64,000 nt of DNA from an uncultured Actinomycetes bacterium (GTDB taxonomy: Bacteria; Actinomycetota; Actinomycetes; Mycobacteriales; Nakamurellaceae): positions 5,126 to 69,125 of the forward strand of contig CAZUXD010000007.1 of the NCBI GenBank assembly GCA_964624455.1, read 5' to 3'. The notes below the pieces were generated by a model. That model did no database searches, had not been told where the DNA came from, and saw only the letters and a program-made list of their open reading frames with translations. The position numbers and the translations under genes were made by a program. This document shows, one piece after another, positions 29,300-39,214 of the stretch (the first letter of the stretch is position 1; each line of letters starts with the position of its first letter).

Positions 29300-30169
29300 A
29301 TGCGCATCGCCACGTGGAACGTCAACTCGCTGCGCGCCCGCATCGACCGGGTCATCGGCTGGTTGCAGCGTTCGGACACCGACGTGTTGGCGCTGCAGGA
29401 GACCAAGGTCGACGACGCCAGATTCCCGGTCGAACCGTTCGTCGCCGCCGGCTATCAGGTTGCGCGGTACGGCATCTCGCAGTGGAACGGGGTTGCGGTG
29501 GTCTCCCGGGTGGGTCTTTCCGACGTCCGGATCGGTCTTCCCGGCTGTCCCGCGTTCGGGGATCCGCCGGTGCTGGAGGCCCGCGCGCTCGGCGCCACGT
29601 GTGCCGGGGTGACGGTGTGGAGCCTGTACATCCCCAACGGCCGCGAGGTCGGCGATCCGCACTACCACTACAAGCTCGAGTGGCTGGGCGCGCTGCGGGA
29701 CATGGGCGCGGCCCGCCTTGTCCGGGATCCGGCGAGCGCCGTCGTGCTGTGCGGGGATTTCAACATCGCGCCGACCGATGAGGATGTCTGGGACATCACC
29801 GCTTTCGAGGGATCCACGCATGTCAGCCGGCCCGAGCGGGCGGCGTTCGACGCGCTCCTGCAGGCGGGTTTCGCCGATGTGGTGCGGCCGCACGCTCCCG
29901 GTCCGGGCGTCTACACCTACTGGGATTACCAGCAACTGCGCTTCCCCCGCCGGGAGGGCATGCGGATCGACTTCCTGCTGGGTTCGCCGGCGCTGGAGGC
30001 CACCGTCACGGGCGCGCACATCGACCGTGAGGAACGCAAGGGCAAGGGCGCCTCCGATCACGCGCCGGTCGTGATCGACACCTCCCTATCCGCGCCGATC
30101 GTGCCGCCGCCGGCCGGTGGCGGGGTGGTCGAGGCCGCGGGCATCCCGACGGGGTCGGGCCTGTGGTGA
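29300..30169 (+). CDS. xthA: Exodeoxyribonuclease III
   Basis: MRIATWNVNSLRARI…DVLALQETK…GDFNIAPTDEDVWD…IDFLL…SDHAPVV; these are EEP-family AP endonuclease motifs. Confidence 0.92.
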   Translation: MRIATWNVNSLRARIDRVIGWLQRSDTDVLALQETKVDDARFPVEPFVAAGYQVARYGISQWNGVAVVSRVGLSDVRIGLPGCPAFGDPPVLEARALGATCAGVTVWSLYIPNGREVGDPHYHYKLEWLGALRDMGAARLVRDPASAVVLCGDFNIAPTDEDVWDITAFEGSTHVSRPERAAFDALLQAGFADVVRPHAPGPGVYTYWDYQQLRFPRREGMRIDFLLGSPALEATVTGAHIDREERKGKGASDHAPVVIDTSLSAPIVPPPAGGGVVEAAGIPTGSGLW

Positions 30170-31107
30170 CGGCGCTGGCGGCCGGCCAGGTACTCCGCAT
30201 CCCCCGGATACTGGTGCTGGAGCACGATCCGTCCGACCCGCCGTTGCGGCTCGGCGAGTGGCTGGCCGAAGCGGGCGCGCAGGTGCACGTGCGGCGCCTT
30301 CATGCCGGTGACGAGGTTCCGGACGGTCCGCAGGGCTGGGATGCACTGATCAGCATGGGCGGCGACCTGAGCGCCGATGACGACGACCTCACGCCGTGGC
30401 TGCCGGCGACCCGACGGCTGCTGGCCGCGGCGGTGGCGGCCGGGACGCCGACGCTCGGGATCTGTCTCGGCGCGCAACTGCTCGCCGCGGCGACCGGCGG
30501 GCGCGTCGAGCGCGTCACGGACGGGCCGGAGATCGGTGCCTACCTGCTGGCCAAACGCGATGTGGCGGAGCAGGATCCGCTGTTCGCGCACGTTCCGATC
30601 ACCCCGGACGTCATGCACTACCACCACGACGTCGTCAGCGTGCTGCCGCCGGGCGCGGTGCTGCTCTTCTCCTCCATCGGCTACCCGCACCAGGCGTTTC
30701 GGATCGGATCCGCGGCGTGGGGCCTCCAATGTCACATCGAGACGACCGCCGCCGTCCTGCGCTCCTGGGTGGCGGGGCGGCCCGAAGACGACGTCGAAGG
30801 CGGGGACGTCGAAGGCGGCGATGACGGGGGCTCCACGCGCGGCGCGGTCGCCGCACGCGTCGCCGGTCACCCGGATCGGCCGAGCCGGTCGGCCGGTCGC
30901 CGTGAGCTGGACCCGGCCGATCGCGCCCGGGCCACGCGGCGTTGCGGACCGGCGCTGGACGAGGCAGAGGAGCTCATGGGGACGGTGTGGCGCGCCTTCG
31001 CGCACCGGTTCGCAGAGTTGGCCCGCGTTGGGGTGGCGCCGACGCCGACCGGGCGAGCCGGTCCGCGGCTCCCGATCGTCGGCGGACCCCGAGCAGAACC
31101 CGGCTGA
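30163..31107 (+). CDS. Type 1 glutamine amidotransferase-like protein
   Basis: GTG start overlaps the xthA stop. …ILVLEHDPSDPP…GWDALISMGG…GTPTLGICLGAQLLA…HYHHD…QCHIE…. The C-terminal ~90 aa is low complexity. Confidence 0.75.
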   Translation: MVTALAAGQVLRIPRILVLEHDPSDPPLRLGEWLAEAGAQVHVRRLHAGDEVPDGPQGWDALISMGGDLSADDDDLTPWLPATRRLLAAAVAAGTPTLGICLGAQLLAAATGGRVERVTDGPEIGAYLLAKRDVAEQDPLFAHVPITPDVMHYHHDVVSVLPPGAVLLFSSIGYPHQAFRIGSAAWGLQCHIETTAAVLRSWVAGRPEDDVEGGDVEGGDDGGSTRGAVAARVAGHPDRPSRSAGRRELDPADRARATRRCGPALDEAEELMGTVWRAFAHRFAELARVGVAPTPTGRAGPRLPIVGGPRAEPG

Positions 31108-34100
31108 TGGCTCGCTCCGCCCGCGCGCTGGCGCGTTATGGGCTGCCGGACACCGCCGCGGTCCGTTCGGACCTGCAAACCGCCCGGTTGCTGGGCGACG
31201 AGGCGCCCGACAGCGGGCCGGAGCCGTACGCCGGGCCGGAGCCATATGCCGGGCCGGACCCGTATGTGGGACCCGACGAAGGCGCCACGGCGGCCGGCGG
31301 TGTTTCGAGCGGCGCGAGCGAAGGGGGCAGGGCGAGCGGCGCAAGCGAGGGGGGCACTGCGAGCGGCGTGAGCGAGGGGGGCACTGCGAGCGGTGTGAGC
31401 GAAGGGGGCACCGTCGCGCGCGGATCCGCCCTGGACGGCGAAGAGATCCTGGTCGCGCTGTCCCGGACCGGTCGGCCGGCCCTGGCGGTACAGCGACTCG
31501 CGGAATTGGTGACGGCGCTGGATTCTGCTGCCGGGTCACGGGAGGCCGACCCCGCACGGAGCCGGCGCGAGCCGAAACGCGGCCCTGGGGAAGCCGGTGC
31601 CGGGGATTGCGGTGCCGGGGATTGCGGCGCCGGGGATTGCGCGGGGGGCTGCGGTCGGGAATCCGACTCGTCCGATGCTGCCGAAGATCTGCTCCACACG
31701 CTGCGCGGCGACCCCGGCTTCCGCGGTCGGCTGCTCGGCCTCCTCGGCGGTTCCGAGCCGTTGGGCGAGCACCTCGTCAACCACCCCTTCGAGTGGCGCA
31801 CCATCGCCGAGACGGGCTCGTTCCCGGAGCTCACGTCATCGACGCGGTGCGCGGGCGCCATGGATGCGGCGCTGGGCAATCCGCTGGCCCGGGGGCCGGC
31901 GCCGCCGGAGACCATCGCGAGGCTCCGCGCCGCGTATCGGACCAGACTCGCCGTGATCGCGGCGGCCGATCTCGCCCCGGCGGTGGAGCCGACGCTTCCG
32001 GGCCCGGACCTTGACGCCGTCTGCCGGGCGCTCACCGCGCTCGCCGATGCGCTCCTCGGCGCCGCGTTGCGGCTGGCTCGGGCGGAGTACCCCGGCTCGA
32101 CGCGGATCCGGCTCGCAGTGATCGCGATGGGCAAGTGCGGCGCCCGCGAATTGAACTACGTCTCCGATGTGGATGTGATGTTCGTTGCGGCCGAGGCGGC
32201 TACCGGTGAGCGGGATTCCGCACGCGGAGCGGCGGGCACCGCGGAATCGGGCACCGCGGAATCGGGCACCGCGGAATCGGGCCCCGGGGGATCCTGCACC
32301 GCGGGATTCGGCCCCGCGGAATCCGGCACCACGGAATCGGGCACCGGACGCTCGGAGGTGGCGATGCTCGCCACCGCCACCGCGCAGGCCACCGAGTTGA
32401 TGCGGATCTGCCACCAGGTTGCCTGGGAGGTCGACGCCGGCCTCCGTCCCGAAGGCGCGGCCGGCCCCTTGGTGCGGACCCTGAACGGATATGCGGCGTA
32501 TTACGAACGATGGGCCAAGACGTGGGAGTTCCAGGCGCTGCTGAAGGCGAGGCCGGCAGCCGGTGACCCGGATCTGGGCCGGCAATTCCTGGAGATGACT
32601 CAACCCGGGGTATGGGCGGCGGCGAACCGGGAATCGTTCGTCGATGACGTCCAGGCGATGCGCCGGCGGGTCCAGCAGCGCGTGCCGGTCGCCGAGCGGG
32701 GTCGTGAACTCAAGCTCGGCGCCGGGGGCCTGCGGGACGTGGAGTTCGCCGTACAACTGCTGCAACTGGTCCACGGCCGGGTGGACGAGTCCCTTCGGGC
32801 CCCGGGGACGCTCGCCGCGCTCGCGGCCTTGACGGCGGGCGGGTACGTCGGCCGCGCGGACGGCGCGGACCTGGCCGGCGCCTATGCCTTCCAGCGGCGC
32901 ATCGAGCACCTGCTGCAACTCCAGCACCTGCGGCGGACGCACAGTCTGCCCGCCGGCAAGACCGATCGCGAGTGGCTGGCGCGCACGGCCGGATTTCCCG
33001 TCACCGCCGTTGGACCGCCGGGCACCCCGACGCTGGGGGACGAACTGGCCCGGAGCGCGTTGACCGTTCGGCGGTTGCACGAGAAGCTCTTCTACCGGCC
33101 GCTGCTGGTCGCCGTTGCGGCAGTGCCCACCGAGGACCTGCGGCTGACGCCGGAGGCGGCCGCGAACCGGTTGCGGGCCCTGGGATTCGGTGCGCCGCGA
33201 CCGGCGCTGCAGCATATCGCCGCGTTGACCGCCGGGCTCTCCCGCCGGGCCGCGATCCAGCGGACCCTGCTGCCGGTGCTGCTGGACACGTTCGCCGACG
33301 GACCGGACCCGGACGCCGGGCTGCTGGCCTACCGTCAGGTGTCCGACGCGTTGGCCACCACCCCGTGGTACCTGCGGCTGTTGCGTGACGAGGGGCTGGT
33401 GGCGCAACGGCTGGCACGGCTGCTCGGAGCATCTCGACTGGTGGCGGAGCTGCTTCAGCGAGCCCCGGAGGTGCTGCGGCTGCTGGTCAGCGACGAGGCC
33501 CTGCTGGGGCCGGATCCGGCGGAGACGGCCAACGCGGCCGCAGCGGCCCTGCTGACCCGGGCCGACCGGGCGGCAGACCCGGCCGCGGCCGCGGCGTCGG
33601 CCCGGTCGGCGCGACGCCACGAGATGCTCCGCCTTGCCTGCGCGGACCTGCTGGGCATCCTTGACGTTTCGACTGTCACCGACGGCCTCACCGCGATCGC
33701 GGACGCGACGGTCGCCGCGGCGCTCCGCGCGGCGCATCGGGAACTGGCGGAGGAACGAGCGGCCCGTCGTGGCGATGCGGTGGGCGCGGGCGGCGAGGAT
33801 GTGACCGGTCGCTCGGAGGGTGGGCATGGGGGTGACGTCGCAGACCGTTCGGCGGTCCGGCCGGCGCTGTCGGCTCGGGTGGCGATCATCGGAATGGGAC
33901 GGTTCGGCGGGGCGGAGATGAGTTACTCCTCGGATGCCGACGTGCTCTTCGTCGCGGCGCCCACGCATCCCGACGCCGATGGCCAGCAGGTGCTGGCGGA
34001 CGCCACCGCGATCGCCGAGTTGACCGCCCGGCTCCTCGGTCGGCCCAGCCCGGATCCGCCGCTGCGGATCGACGCCGACCTTCGACCGGAAGGCAGGCGC

Positions 34101-34739
34101 GGTCCGTTGGTGCGAACCGTCGAGTCCTACCAGCAGTACTGGCAGCGGCACGCCGCACCGTGGGAGCGCCAGGCGCTGTTGCGGGCCCGCGCGGTCGCCG
34201 GTGACCGCGAGTTGACCGACGCATTCCTGGCCGCCGCGGCCGCCATCCGCTACCCGGCGGCGGGCCTTTCCCCGGCGGACGCGCGGGAGGTCCGGCGCAT
34301 CAAGGCCCGGGTGGACGACGAACGCCTGCCCCGCGGCGCCGACCGCACGTTGCACACGAAGCTCGGGCGGGGCGGGCTGGCAGATGTGGAGTGGACGGTA
34401 CAACTCCTGCAGTTGCAGCATGCATCTGCGATGACGGAACTGCAGTGTCCGGGAACGGTTGCGGCCATCCGTGCCGCGACGCGCGCCGGGTTGCTGTCCC
34501 GCGCCGACGGAACCGCCCTGATCGAGGGCTGGACGATGGCCGCGCGCGCTCGCAACGCGATCATGCTGGTCACCGGCCGCCCGGGTGACGAGATTCCCTC
34601 GCACGGGCGCGTCCTGGCAGGGGTCGCCAGGGCATGCGGCTATCCGGCGCACACCGATCCGGGCCAGTTCGTCGACGACTATCGGCGGACCACCCGGCGC
34701 GCCCGGCGGGTGGTCGACCGGGTCTTCGACGGCGCCTGA
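31107..34739 (+). CDS. glnE: Bifunctional glutamine synthetase adenylyltransferase / adenylyl-removing enzyme
   Basis: ATG 31107 overlaps the upstream TGA. Two nucleotidyltransferase halves (…GKCGARELNYVSDVDVMFV… and …GMGRFGGAEMSYSSDADVLFV…) plus GlnE-specific helical domains. The protein is ~200 aa longer than usual because of repeat insertions. Confidence 0.92.
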   Translation: MARSARALARYGLPDTAAVRSDLQTARLLGDEAPDSGPEPYAGPEPYAGPDPYVGPDEGATAAGGVSSGASEGGRASGASEGGTASGVSEGGTASGVSEGGTVARGSALDGEEILVALSRTGRPALAVQRLAELVTALDSAAGSREADPARSRREPKRGPGEAGAGDCGAGDCGAGDCAGGCGRESDSSDAAEDLLHTLRGDPGFRGRLLGLLGGSEPLGEHLVNHPFEWRTIAETGSFPELTSSTRCAGAMDAALGNPLARGPAPPETIARLRAAYRTRLAVIAAADLAPAVEPTLPGPDLDAVCRALTALADALLGAALRLARAEYPGSTRIRLAVIAMGKCGARELNYVSDVDVMFVAAEAATGERDSARGAAGTAESGTAESGTAESGPGGSCTAGFGPAESGTTESGTGRSEVAMLATATAQATELMRICHQVAWEVDAGLRPEGAAGPLVRTLNGYAAYYERWAKTWEFQALLKARPAAGDPDLGRQFLEMTQPGVWAAANRESFVDDVQAMRRRVQQRVPVAERGRELKLGAGGLRDVEFAVQLLQLVHGRVDESLRAPGTLAALAALTAGGYVGRADGADLAGAYAFQRRIEHLLQLQHLRRTHSLPAGKTDREWLARTAGFPVTAVGPPGTPTLGDELARSALTVRRLHEKLFYRPLLVAVAAVPTEDLRLTPEAAANRLRALGFGAPRPALQHIAALTAGLSRRAAIQRTLLPVLLDTFADGPDPDAGLLAYRQVSDALATTPWYLRLLRDEGLVAQRLARLLGASRLVAELLQRAPEVLRLLVSDEALLGPDPAETANAAAAALLTRADRAADPAAAAASARSARRHEMLRLACADLLGILDVSTVTDGLTAIADATVAAALRAAHRELAEERAARRGDAVGAGGEDVTGRSEGGHGGDVADRSAVRPALSARVAIIGMGRFGGAEMSYSSDADVLFVAAPTHPDADGQQVLADATAIAELTARLLGRPSPDPPLRIDADLRPEGRRGPLVRTVESYQQYWQRHAAPWERQALLRARAVAGDRELTDAFLAAAAAIRYPAAGLSPADAREVRRIKARVDDERLPRGADRTLHTKLGRGGLADVEWTVQLLQLQHASAMTELQCPGTVAAIRAATRAGLLSRADGTALIEGWTMAARARNAIMLVTGRPGDEIPSHGRVLAGVARACGYPAHTDPGQFVDDYRRTTRRARRVVDRVFDGA

Positions 34740-34936
34740 CCGATCACCTCGCCAGCCCCTCGACGCGATCGTCCGGCGTGGCGCACAGCCTGTCGTCGGC
34801 AGCAGCCGTTCGCCGGCCCGCACCGGCGGCCCACGACATGGGCTGCGTCCCAGGCAAACCCGCGGGTTGATGCGCCTCCGCGGCGCGGCTGTGGACAAAC
34901 GCAACCGCTGCGACGCGGTTTTGGGATGATGGTCGG

Positions 34937-36307
34937 GTGCCGAACTGGGGTTGGATCGTCATCGCCATTGCCGTGATCGTCGTAGCGGTACTACTCGTGG
35001 GGCTGCTGCTGGGCCGCGGCCGGCGTGTTTCGCTCCTGCCGCCATCGCCGGCGGAGGATGAGGCGCCGGAGGTGCCGCCCCCGGGCGGCGGCCGGTACCG
35101 CGCGGGTGGATCGATCTCGTTCTCCGCGGGCGGCGGGTCGGCCACGCTGGACCGTCCGCCGGCCCAGCCCGCCGAGCCGCTGGATATGCCCTCGCCGCAG
35201 CCGGCCCCGACGGTCGACGAAGAACCGCTGCCTGCGCCGGCGCCCGCACCCGAGGCGCCCGCCGCGGAGGGCACCGTCACCGCCCCGGCCGCGCCGATCC
35301 CGTCGGCCGACTTCGGGCCACCGGCAGGTGCCGTCACGGCCGAGCCGGTCATCCCGCCGAGCCCCGTCACCGCGGAGGCGATCACCCCCCCGGCCGGCCG
35401 GCTGTCCCGGCTACGGGGGCGGTTGGCCCGCTCGCAGTCGGTGTTCGGCCGATCGCTGCTGGGGCTGCTCGGCGCGGGCGATCTGGACGAGGATTCCTGG
35501 CAGGAGGTCGAGGACACCCTGCTCATGGCAGACCTCGGCGCGGCCGCGGCGCTGGAGATCACCGGCAAGCTCCGCGATCTGGTCGCGACCCAGGGTGTCG
35601 CGGACGCGGCGGCGGCCCGCGCGATGTTGCGTTCGGTGCTGATCGAAGCGGTCGGCACCGAACCCGACCGGTCGATCCGGGCCCTTCCCCACGAAGCGCA
35701 TCCGGCCGTCGTGCTGGTCGTGGGGGTGAACGGGACCGGAAAGACCACCACCACCGGAAAGCTCGCCCGGGTCCTGGTCGCGGAAGGTCATTCCGTGGTG
35801 CTGGGCGCCGCAGACACGTTCCGCGCGGCGGCCGTCGAGCAGCTTGCCACCTGGGCGGAACGCGCCGGGGCCGCCATCGTCCGCGGCGCGCCGGATGCGG
35901 ACCCGGCAGCGGTGGCCTTCGACGCGGTCGGTAGGGGGATCGAGGCGGCGGCCGACGTCGTGCTGATCGACACGGCCGGCAGGCTACACACAAAGACCGG
36001 CCTGATGGACCAACTCGGCAAGGTGAAACGGGTGGTGGAGAAGCGGGCCGCGGTCGACGAGGTGCTGCTGGTGCTCGACGCCACCACCGGCCAGAACGGG
36101 CTGGTGCAGGCGAAGGTGTTCGCCGAGGTCGTCGACGTCACCGGCATCGTCCTGACCAAACTCGACGGCACCGCAAAGGGCGGGATCGTCGTGGCGGTGC
36201 AACGCGCGCTGGGAATTCCGGTCAAGCTGGTCGGGCTGGGGGAGGGACCCGACGACCTGGCCCCATTCGAACCGGAGGCCTTCGTCGACGCGCTGCTCGG
36301 CGATTGA
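34937..36307 (+). CDS. ftsY: Signal recognition particle receptor FtsY
   Basis: GTG start. N-terminal TM, a Pro/Ala-rich acidic region, then the NG domain (VVLVVGVNGTGKTTTTGKLA…DTAGRLH…TKLDGTAKGG). Confidence 0.92.
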   Translation: MPNWGWIVIAIAVIVVAVLLVGLLLGRGRRVSLLPPSPAEDEAPEVPPPGGGRYRAGGSISFSAGGGSATLDRPPAQPAEPLDMPSPQPAPTVDEEPLPAPAPAPEAPAAEGTVTAPAAPIPSADFGPPAGAVTAEPVIPPSPVTAEAITPPAGRLSRLRGRLARSQSVFGRSLLGLLGAGDLDEDSWQEVEDTLLMADLGAAAALEITGKLRDLVATQGVADAAAARAMLRSVLIEAVGTEPDRSIRALPHEAHPAVVLVVGVNGTGKTTTTGKLARVLVAEGHSVVLGAADTFRAAAVEQLATWAERAGAAIVRGAPDADPAAVAFDAVGRGIEAAADVVLIDTAGRLHTKTGLMDQLGKVKRVVEKRAAVDEVLLVLDATTGQNGLVQAKVFAEVVDVTGIVLTKLDGTAKGGIVVAVQRALGIPVKLVGLGEGPDDLAPFEPEAFVDALLGD

Positions 36308-36337
36308 ACACCGCCGAGCAGCCACGCCGCCACCGCG

Positions 36338-37084
36338 TCACGGTGCCACCGGCACGGCGGGCGGGCCGGCGGTGACGCCGCCGTCCACCACGAATTCCGC
36401 ACCGGTGCAATAGGTTCCCTCGTCGACCACGAAGACGATCATGCGGGCGATCTCCGCCGGCTCGCCGAACCTCGGGATCGGCTGCCCGGCGAGGGACGCC
36501 TCGTCGATCCCGGCCGTCATGGGAGTGCGCACGGCTCCGGGATGCACCGAGCAGACCCGGATCCGGGCGCCGGCCAACTCGATCGCCGCCGCCTTCGTCA
36601 AACCGCGCACCGCCCACTTGCTGGCGCAGTACCCGCTCAGGCCGGGGTAGCCGGTCAGCCCGGCGGTGGAGCTGACGTTGACGATCACCCCGCCGCCCGC
36701 CTCCCGGAGCATCGGCGCCAGGACGTGCATGCCGAGCCAGGTGCCCACCAGGTTCACGTCGATGGTGCGGCGGAAGGACTCCAGGCTCTGTTGCTCGATG
36801 GCCGCCGGGTCGAGGATTCCGGCATTGTTCACCAGCACCGTGACCGCCCCGAACATTTCGGCCGCGAAGGCGGCCACGCGACGCCAGTCGTCCTCGCTGG
36901 TGACGTCGAGGTGCCGGTAGGCCGCGCGATCGCCGAGTTCGCCGGCCAGGGCCGCACCCTCTTCGTCCAGCACGTCGGTGATCACCACCGAGGCTCCCCG
37001 TTCGACCAGCAGGGCGGCGGTCGCGGCCCCGATTCCGCGCGCGGCCCCGGTGACGACCGCAACCGTGCGATCCAGGCGTCCCAT
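36338..37084 (-). CDS. SDR-family oxidoreductase (3-alpha/20-beta-HSD-like)
   Basis: 248 aa from ATG 37084: …VAVVTGAARGIGAA…NNAGI…SSTAGL…YCASKWAV…. Confidence 0.85.
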   Translation of the reverse strand: MGRLDRTVAVVTGAARGIGAATAALLVERGASVVITDVLDEEGAALAGELGDRAAYRHLDVTSEDDWRRVAAFAAEMFGAVTVLVNNAGILDPAAIEQQSLESFRRTIDVNLVGTWLGMHVLAPMLREAGGGVIVNVSSTAGLTGYPGLSGYCASKWAVRGLTKAAAIELAGARIRVCSVHPGAVRTPMTAGIDEASLAGQPIPRFGEPAEIARMIVFVVDEGTYCTGAEFVVDGGVTAGPPAVPVAP

Positions 37085-37332
37085 GTGTTTCCTCCTCGGT
37101 TTGGCATCCGCCGCGGCCGGCCCGTCCTTCCGGGCCGATGCACCTTCGAGATTGGCGGAGCACCCGGTCGCCCGCCAGCGGCATTGGTCCCGTGGCGGCG
37201 GGCCGAACGGCCCGAACACGTGCGAATCCGGATAGGGGCGAACGCCGTCGTCCGCCCCACCGGTGCCCGCCCCTCGTCCGCCAGGCCCGGTTCCCGCCCC
37301 TCGTCACCGCCTGACCGCGTGCCCGCCCCTCG

Positions 37333-38865
37333 TCACCGCGGCCCGGTGGCCGAACCACTCGGAACCAGGGCGGGGTCGAGCAACTGACCGCCGGGCCGGT
37401 CGTCGCGCCGCCGGGCGCTGCGCGAGGCGCGGTGCACCGCACCACCGATCAGCACACCGCCGCCCGCCAGCAGCACCGCGCCGAATGCCAGGGCGCCGCC
37501 GGCGACCCAGGTGAGGCCGGGCAACGTGGCGCCGAGCTGCACCCGCGCCGTCACCCCCGGCGTCCCGTCGGCGCGCATGATCACGGCGGTCCAGTCCCCG
37601 GCGGAGGGCCGCCAGGTCAGCGTCTGTGTTCCCGGACCGCCGACGGACGCCGCCCAGACCCCGGCCGACGCGGGAGGCAGGGCCGGCGCCGAGCCGGCAT
37701 GATCCGACCGCGACAGGGCGGGCACCACCCCGCGCTCCCACCGCGCGCTCACCGAGCTGATCCGCGTGTAGCCGACGCCGTCGAGATAGCGTTGCACCTC
37801 CGCGGTGCGCCCCAGGCCGAGGAACAGATCCGCGCCGACGCCGACCGGCTCGGCTCGCAGCCGCATGGTGCCGGTGATCCGGTCGACGGTCCACTCGACG
37901 CCCGAGCCGTGCAATCGCAGCCCGTCGGCCACCAGGGCGTACCGATCGGTCGCCACCGTGGTCGCCGAGGTGGTGAGATATCCCTGATCCCGTTGGGTGA
38001 CATCGGCCCAGAGCAGCCCGCCGCCGGCGACGAGGCCACCGGATCCGACGAACAGCAAGAGCGCGCCGAATACGACTGCGACGACGCGCCCGCCGGTCCA
38101 GCCGTCCTGCTGCGCCGCCGGCGGCGCCCCCTCGGCGGGACCGCCCGGCGCGGAGAGCGGGGCCGGTGGTGGCGGGGCGGCCCCCGATCCCGGGTCGGTG
38201 CCGCCCATGTCCAGCCGGAACGGTGGGTACCGGTCGGTCATCAGGCCCGTGTACGCGCCTACCCGCAGCGCCCAGCGGTCCATTCCCAGCACGAAGTCGT
38301 ACAGGGCGCGCGGGTAGCGTCCGGTGAACAGCAACGCGATCGCCGCGATCAGCACCAAGATCCCCACCAGGCCGCCGGCTCCCCAGATGGTGGGCGCCCA
38401 GCGGGCGTCCGATCGGGCGGCGGTACCCAACCAGATCCCGCCGCCGACGAACAGCGCGAGCACGATGTAATGCGGCACCGCGAGCAGCCACTTGACCAGC
38501 ACCAGGCCACGGGAGAGCCGTTCCGGATACGGAACCGTCACCCGGGCCGGATAGTCCGGGACGTCGGCCAGCGTGAACGGCGGGTATCGATCGGTGCCCA
38601 AGGCTGCGTAGCCGTAGTAGTGCACCCGCCAGCTCCACCGGAGCACGCCGACGTTGAACTCGAAGAGCGTGCGCGGGTAGCGCGCTGTGAGCAGGATTGC
38701 GAAGAAGGCGATGACGGAGAACACCGCGAACACCAGCCACAGCAGCATCAGCACGAGGAAGTGCGGTATGAGCAGCAGCCACTTCACCAGCCACAGCCCT
38801 CGCGACGCTGCCGGTTCGACGGCGGCATCCATTCGCACCGGATACGCCGAATCACTTCGGGACAT
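37333..38865 (-). CDS. DUF4389-type membrane protein (two DUF4389-like repeats + C-terminal domain and TM)
   Basis: The motif set …VKWLL(L/A)(I/V)PH(F/Y)(L/I)VL…ARYP/GRYP…L(F/Y)(E/D)F…RW…RV…Y…L…TDRYPPF… occurs twice. A ~200-aa domain and a final TM follow. Confidence 0.6.
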   Translation of the reverse strand: MSRSDSAYPVRMDAAVEPAASRGLWLVKWLLLIPHFLVLMLLWLVFAVFSVIAFFAILLTARYPRTLFEFNVGVLRWSWRVHYYGYAALGTDRYPPFTLADVPDYPARVTVPYPERLSRGLVLVKWLLAVPHYIVLALFVGGGIWLGTAARSDARWAPTIWGAGGLVGILVLIAAIALLFTGRYPRALYDFVLGMDRWALRVGAYTGLMTDRYPPFRLDMGGTDPGSGAAPPPPAPLSAPGGPAEGAPPAAQQDGWTGGRVVAVVFGALLLFVGSGGLVAGGGLLWADVTQRDQGYLTTSATTVATDRYALVADGLRLHGSGVEWTVDRITGTMRLRAEPVGVGADLFLGLGRTAEVQRYLDGVGYTRISSVSARWERGVVPALSRSDHAGSAPALPPASAGVWAASVGGPGTQTLTWRPSAGDWTAVIMRADGTPGVTARVQLGATLPGLTWVAGGALAFGAVLLAGGGVLIGGAVHRASRSARRRDDRPGGQLLDPALVPSGSATGPR

Positions 38866-39032
38866 GGTCGCCTCCCCTTCGGTCGCAGGAACGGCACCCG
38901 TCCGCGTGCCCGTTATGTCGGTATTATCGTGCGCGAGCCGGGGTGCGGACAGAGGCTGCGGTCATCGCCGCCGGTGACGAATGGCCCGGGGCGCCGGCCC
39001 CGGCTGCGCTCCCGCCAGACACCCCCGCCCGC

Positions 39033-39131
39033 GGCGGCCCTGGACACCGCCGCCTGCCGGGCGGCCCCTGGACACCGCCGCCCGTGGCGGCCCTGGACAC
39101 CGCCGCCCGTGGCGGCCCTGGACACCGCCGG
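39033..39131. repeat. 25-29-bp tandem repeat x4 (GGCGGCCCTGGACACCGCCGCCCGT)
   Basis: Four consecutive copies in the intergenic region between the DUF4389 gene and the PRTase gene. Copies 3-4 are identical; copies 1-2 carry 1-3 changes or indels. Confidence 0.85.
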
Positions 39132-39214
39132 GGACGATGTGCTCAGATCGCCGCACCGGGCAGCGGTGCGCCCGATGGGATCGGTTGGCGTCAGGCCGAC
39201 GGCGCCCGACACGG

